A DNA stretch of 32,000 nt, taken from positions 180,001 to 212,000 of the forward strand of contig CAVRAI010000007.1 of the NCBI GenBank assembly GCA_963718915.1, written 5' to 3'. The notes under the pieces were generated by a model. It had not been told where the DNA came from. It saw only the letters and a program-made list of their open reading frames with translations, and did not search any database. Each line of letters starts with the position of its first letter. The first letter of the stretch is position 1. The DNA comes from an uncultured Chloroflexia bacterium (lineage in GTDB: Bacteria > Chloroflexota > Ktedonobacteria > Ktedonobacterales > JADMIN01). Positions 30,323 through 32,000 of the stretch are shown here, in pieces. Made by a program: the position numbers and the translations under genes.

Positions 30323-31036
30323 ATGTCGAAGTATGGACAATACTGTCCGGTCGCGAAGTCGCTGGATATCCTGGGGGATCACTGGACGCTGCTGATTGTG
30401 CGCGACATGCTGACTGGGACGCGCCATTTCAACGACCTGGAGCGGGGACTGCCCAGAATCTCTCGCGCGCTGCTGGCGAGCCGACTGAGGCAGTTGCAGC
30501 GGGCGGGTGTGATCGAAAAGCGGCTCACGAGGGCTGGGCGCAAGACGACTGAATATCAGCTTACCCAGGCAGGGCAGGAACTTTTCGGTGTCATTATGGC
30601 GTTACGGGGATGGGGCGAAAAGTGGGCGTTCGGCGATCCTGCGCCGGATGAACTCGATCCGGTGCTGCTCATGTGGTGGCTACACAATCGCGTCGATGTG
30701 GATCAACTGCCCGAACAGCGCGTCGTGGCGCAGTTCGACTTTCACGGCGCTGCGGCGGTGTCATTCTGGCTGGTACTGACACGCGCTGACGTCACGCTCT
30801 GCCTCACTGATCCTGGATACGAGATCAATCTGCTGGTGACAGCCGATCTGGCGACATTCTACAAAGTATGGGGAGGGCGGATCAGTTATCCAGAGGCGCT
30901 CAATAGATATGGCGTCACCGTCGAGGGCGTTCCCCGTCTGACGCGCGCTTTTCCACATTGGTTTGGCTGGGGCGCCGCCGAGCCTACGAGAGCGGAAACG
31001 CCCCTACCAGCTATCCAATCCGCTCCAGCACGATGA
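30323..31036 (+). CDS. HxlR-family winged-helix transcriptional regulator with a C-terminal extension domain
   Basis: The N-terminus CPVAKSLDILGDHWTLLIVRDMLTGTRHFNDLERGLPRISRALLASRLRQLQRAGVIEKR is a classic HxlR motif. The RBS is GGGAGG. The gene is divergent from the alpha/beta hydrolase. Confidence 0.85.
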   Translation: MSKYGQYCPVAKSLDILGDHWTLLIVRDMLTGTRHFNDLERGLPRISRALLASRLRQLQRAGVIEKRLTRAGRKTTEYQLTQAGQELFGVIMALRGWGEKWAFGDPAPDELDPVLLMWWLHNRVDVDQLPEQRVVAQFDFHGAAAVSFWLVLTRADVTLCLTDPGYEINLLVTADLATFYKVWGGRISYPEALNRYGVTVEGVPRLTRAFPHWFGWGAAEPTRAETPLPAIQSAPAR

Positions 31037-31418
31037 CGGGAATCTGCCGCGTGGTCTTCGTCCGATACTCGGCGAAGCCGGGCATCTGCGTCGCGTGCTG
31101 GGTGAAGAGCCGCTCGTACTCGTCCCCGGTGGCGGGGGTGGCGCGCGCCTGGAAGCGGTCGTCGCCCACCTCGACGGTCACGTTAGGGTTGGCGAGCAGG
31201 TTATAGTACCAGGCGGGATTGGTCGGCGCGCCGCCCTTGGACGCAAGGACGATGTAATGGTCGCCATCGCGGGAATAGGCGAGGGGGTTCGTCCGCGTCT
31301 CGCCGCTCTTCGCGCCCTTCGTAATCAGCAACAACAGGGGCAGCGGGTGATTGGTCTTGCCGCCGCTGGCGCGATACTGCTCGATGATTGCCTGATTGTA
31401 GTTGCCTGGGCCGCTCAT
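31011..31418 (-). CDS. Deazaflavin (F420)-dependent nitroreductase-family oxidoreductase (DDN/PF04075-like)
   Basis: The motifs are LLLLITKGAKSGETRTNPLAY...YIVLASKGGAPTNPAWYYNLLANPNVTVEVG...ERLF. ATG at 31418 is preceded by AGGAGG. The 3' end overlaps the convergent HxlR gene by 26 nt. Confidence 0.8.
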   Translation of the reverse strand: MSGPGNYNQAIIEQYRASGGKTNHPLPLLLLITKGAKSGETRTNPLAYSRDGDHYIVLASKGGAPTNPAWYYNLLANPNVTVEVGDDRFQARATPATGDEYERLFTQHATQMPGFAEYRTKTTRQIPVIVLERIG

Positions 31419-31610
31419 AGTTCCTCCTGTATGGGATGGGATAGAAAAGATAGTTACTTCAAACAGTGTACTGCTACTACCATACCCGGCGCACAACCCA
31501 AAAGCACGATGCTAGCCTATACGTTCGGGTAGGCAAAGCTGCATCAGATACGCCATGCCACTGGCTAATGACCCGCAACTCGTCGCGCTCACTCCACATC
31601 ATTCGCCATC

Positions 31611-31639
31611 TTGAATGCCATTGCCCCAGATGTTACACT
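31611..31639 (+). promoter_or_regulatory. Sigma70-like promoter TTGAAT-N17-TACACT upstream of the second TIR gene
   Basis: The hexamers and the 17-nt spacer were read directly. The -10 box ends 48 nt upstream of ATG 31688. Confidence 0.4.
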
Positions 31640-31687
31640 GGCAGGGCAGCCAGACGCTATAGCCCTCTAGTAAGCGAGTGAGCAACG

Positions 31688-32000
31688 ATGAGCGCGTTTC
31701 GTGCCACCTTCGTCAGTCATGCCCACGCCGATAATGACCTCTGCGACCGCTACGTCGCCGCGTTGCGGCCACGAGGCATTGATATCTGGTATGATCGCGA
31801 CAACGCGCAGAATGGCCATCTGCTCGGCTCAGAAATCCAGAAGGAGATACAGCAGCGCGCGGCCTTTGTGCTGCTCATGACGGAGAACGCGCTCGGCTCC
31901 TTCTGGGTGGATCTGGAGATGCAGAGTTATCTGGGGCTAATGGCGCAAGATCGTTCGCGACTGCTGCTGCCTGTGCGCATCGGTTCCTGCGCCGTGCCGC
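31688..32000 (+). CDS. TIR domain protein, 5' part (truncated by the window end)
   Basis: My translation from ATG 31688 is MSAFRATFVSHAHADNDLCDRYVAALRPRGIDIWYDRDNAQNGHLLGSEIQKEIQQRAAFVLLMTENALGSFWVDLEMQSY... It shows the same TIR_2 pattern as 10722-11915, including S-FWV-LE. It is absent from the ORF track because no stop codon occurs within the window. Confidence 0.7.
   Translation, partial: MSAFRATFVSHAHADNDLCDRYVAALRPRGIDIWYDRDNAQNGHLLGSEIQKEIQQRAAFVLLMTENALGSFWVDLEMQSYLGLMAQDRSRLLLPVRIGSCAVP

Overview
High-GC bacterial chromosomal window (GC judged by eye) with strong AGGAGG-type ribosome-binding sites. The taxon cannot be fixed from sequence alone; the gene content would fit a Chloroflexota- or Actinomycetota-like genome. 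I can support about 33 protein-coding genes and found no rRNA, tRNA or CRISPR array. In order, the window contains: an alpha/beta-hydrolase::GT-B glycosyltransferase fusion; a DUF1326/DUF2182/NrtS-like cassette; a minus-strand dodecin, MaoC dehydratase and acyl-CoA dehydrogenase cluster; a polyprenyl-phosphate sugar transferase with a long Q/N/G/P-rich N-terminus; a secreted CHAP-like hydrolase; a TIR-TPR protein; an OmpR-type response regulator and histidine kinase pair; a NUDIX hydrolase; an ABC ATPase with two tandem paralogous ABC-2 permeases; an FTR1 iron permease; panB; a Hanks kinase, a membrane protein and a Cys-phosphatase; a DksA/TraR-lspA-rluD block; a low-GC higBA toxin-antitoxin pair; a SAM decarboxylase::deoxyhypusine-synthase-like fusion; an alpha/beta hydrolase; an HxlR regulator; an F420-type (DDN family) oxidoreductase; and a second, truncated TIR gene at the window edge. 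The most interesting observations are five. (1) The AdoMetDC-DHS-like fusion, in which the DHS catalytic Lys appears to be replaced. (2) Two TIR-domain genes, one of them fused to seven TPRs. (3) A roughly 175-bp nested-palindrome MITE-like repeat present twice. (4) A shared TTGCGACA-N3-TTGCGACA-N6-CGATA box that links the two-component system to the ABC operon. (5) An ABC ATPase whose conserved N-terminus has no canonical in-frame start codon. All family assignments come from motif recognition by eye, not from searches.
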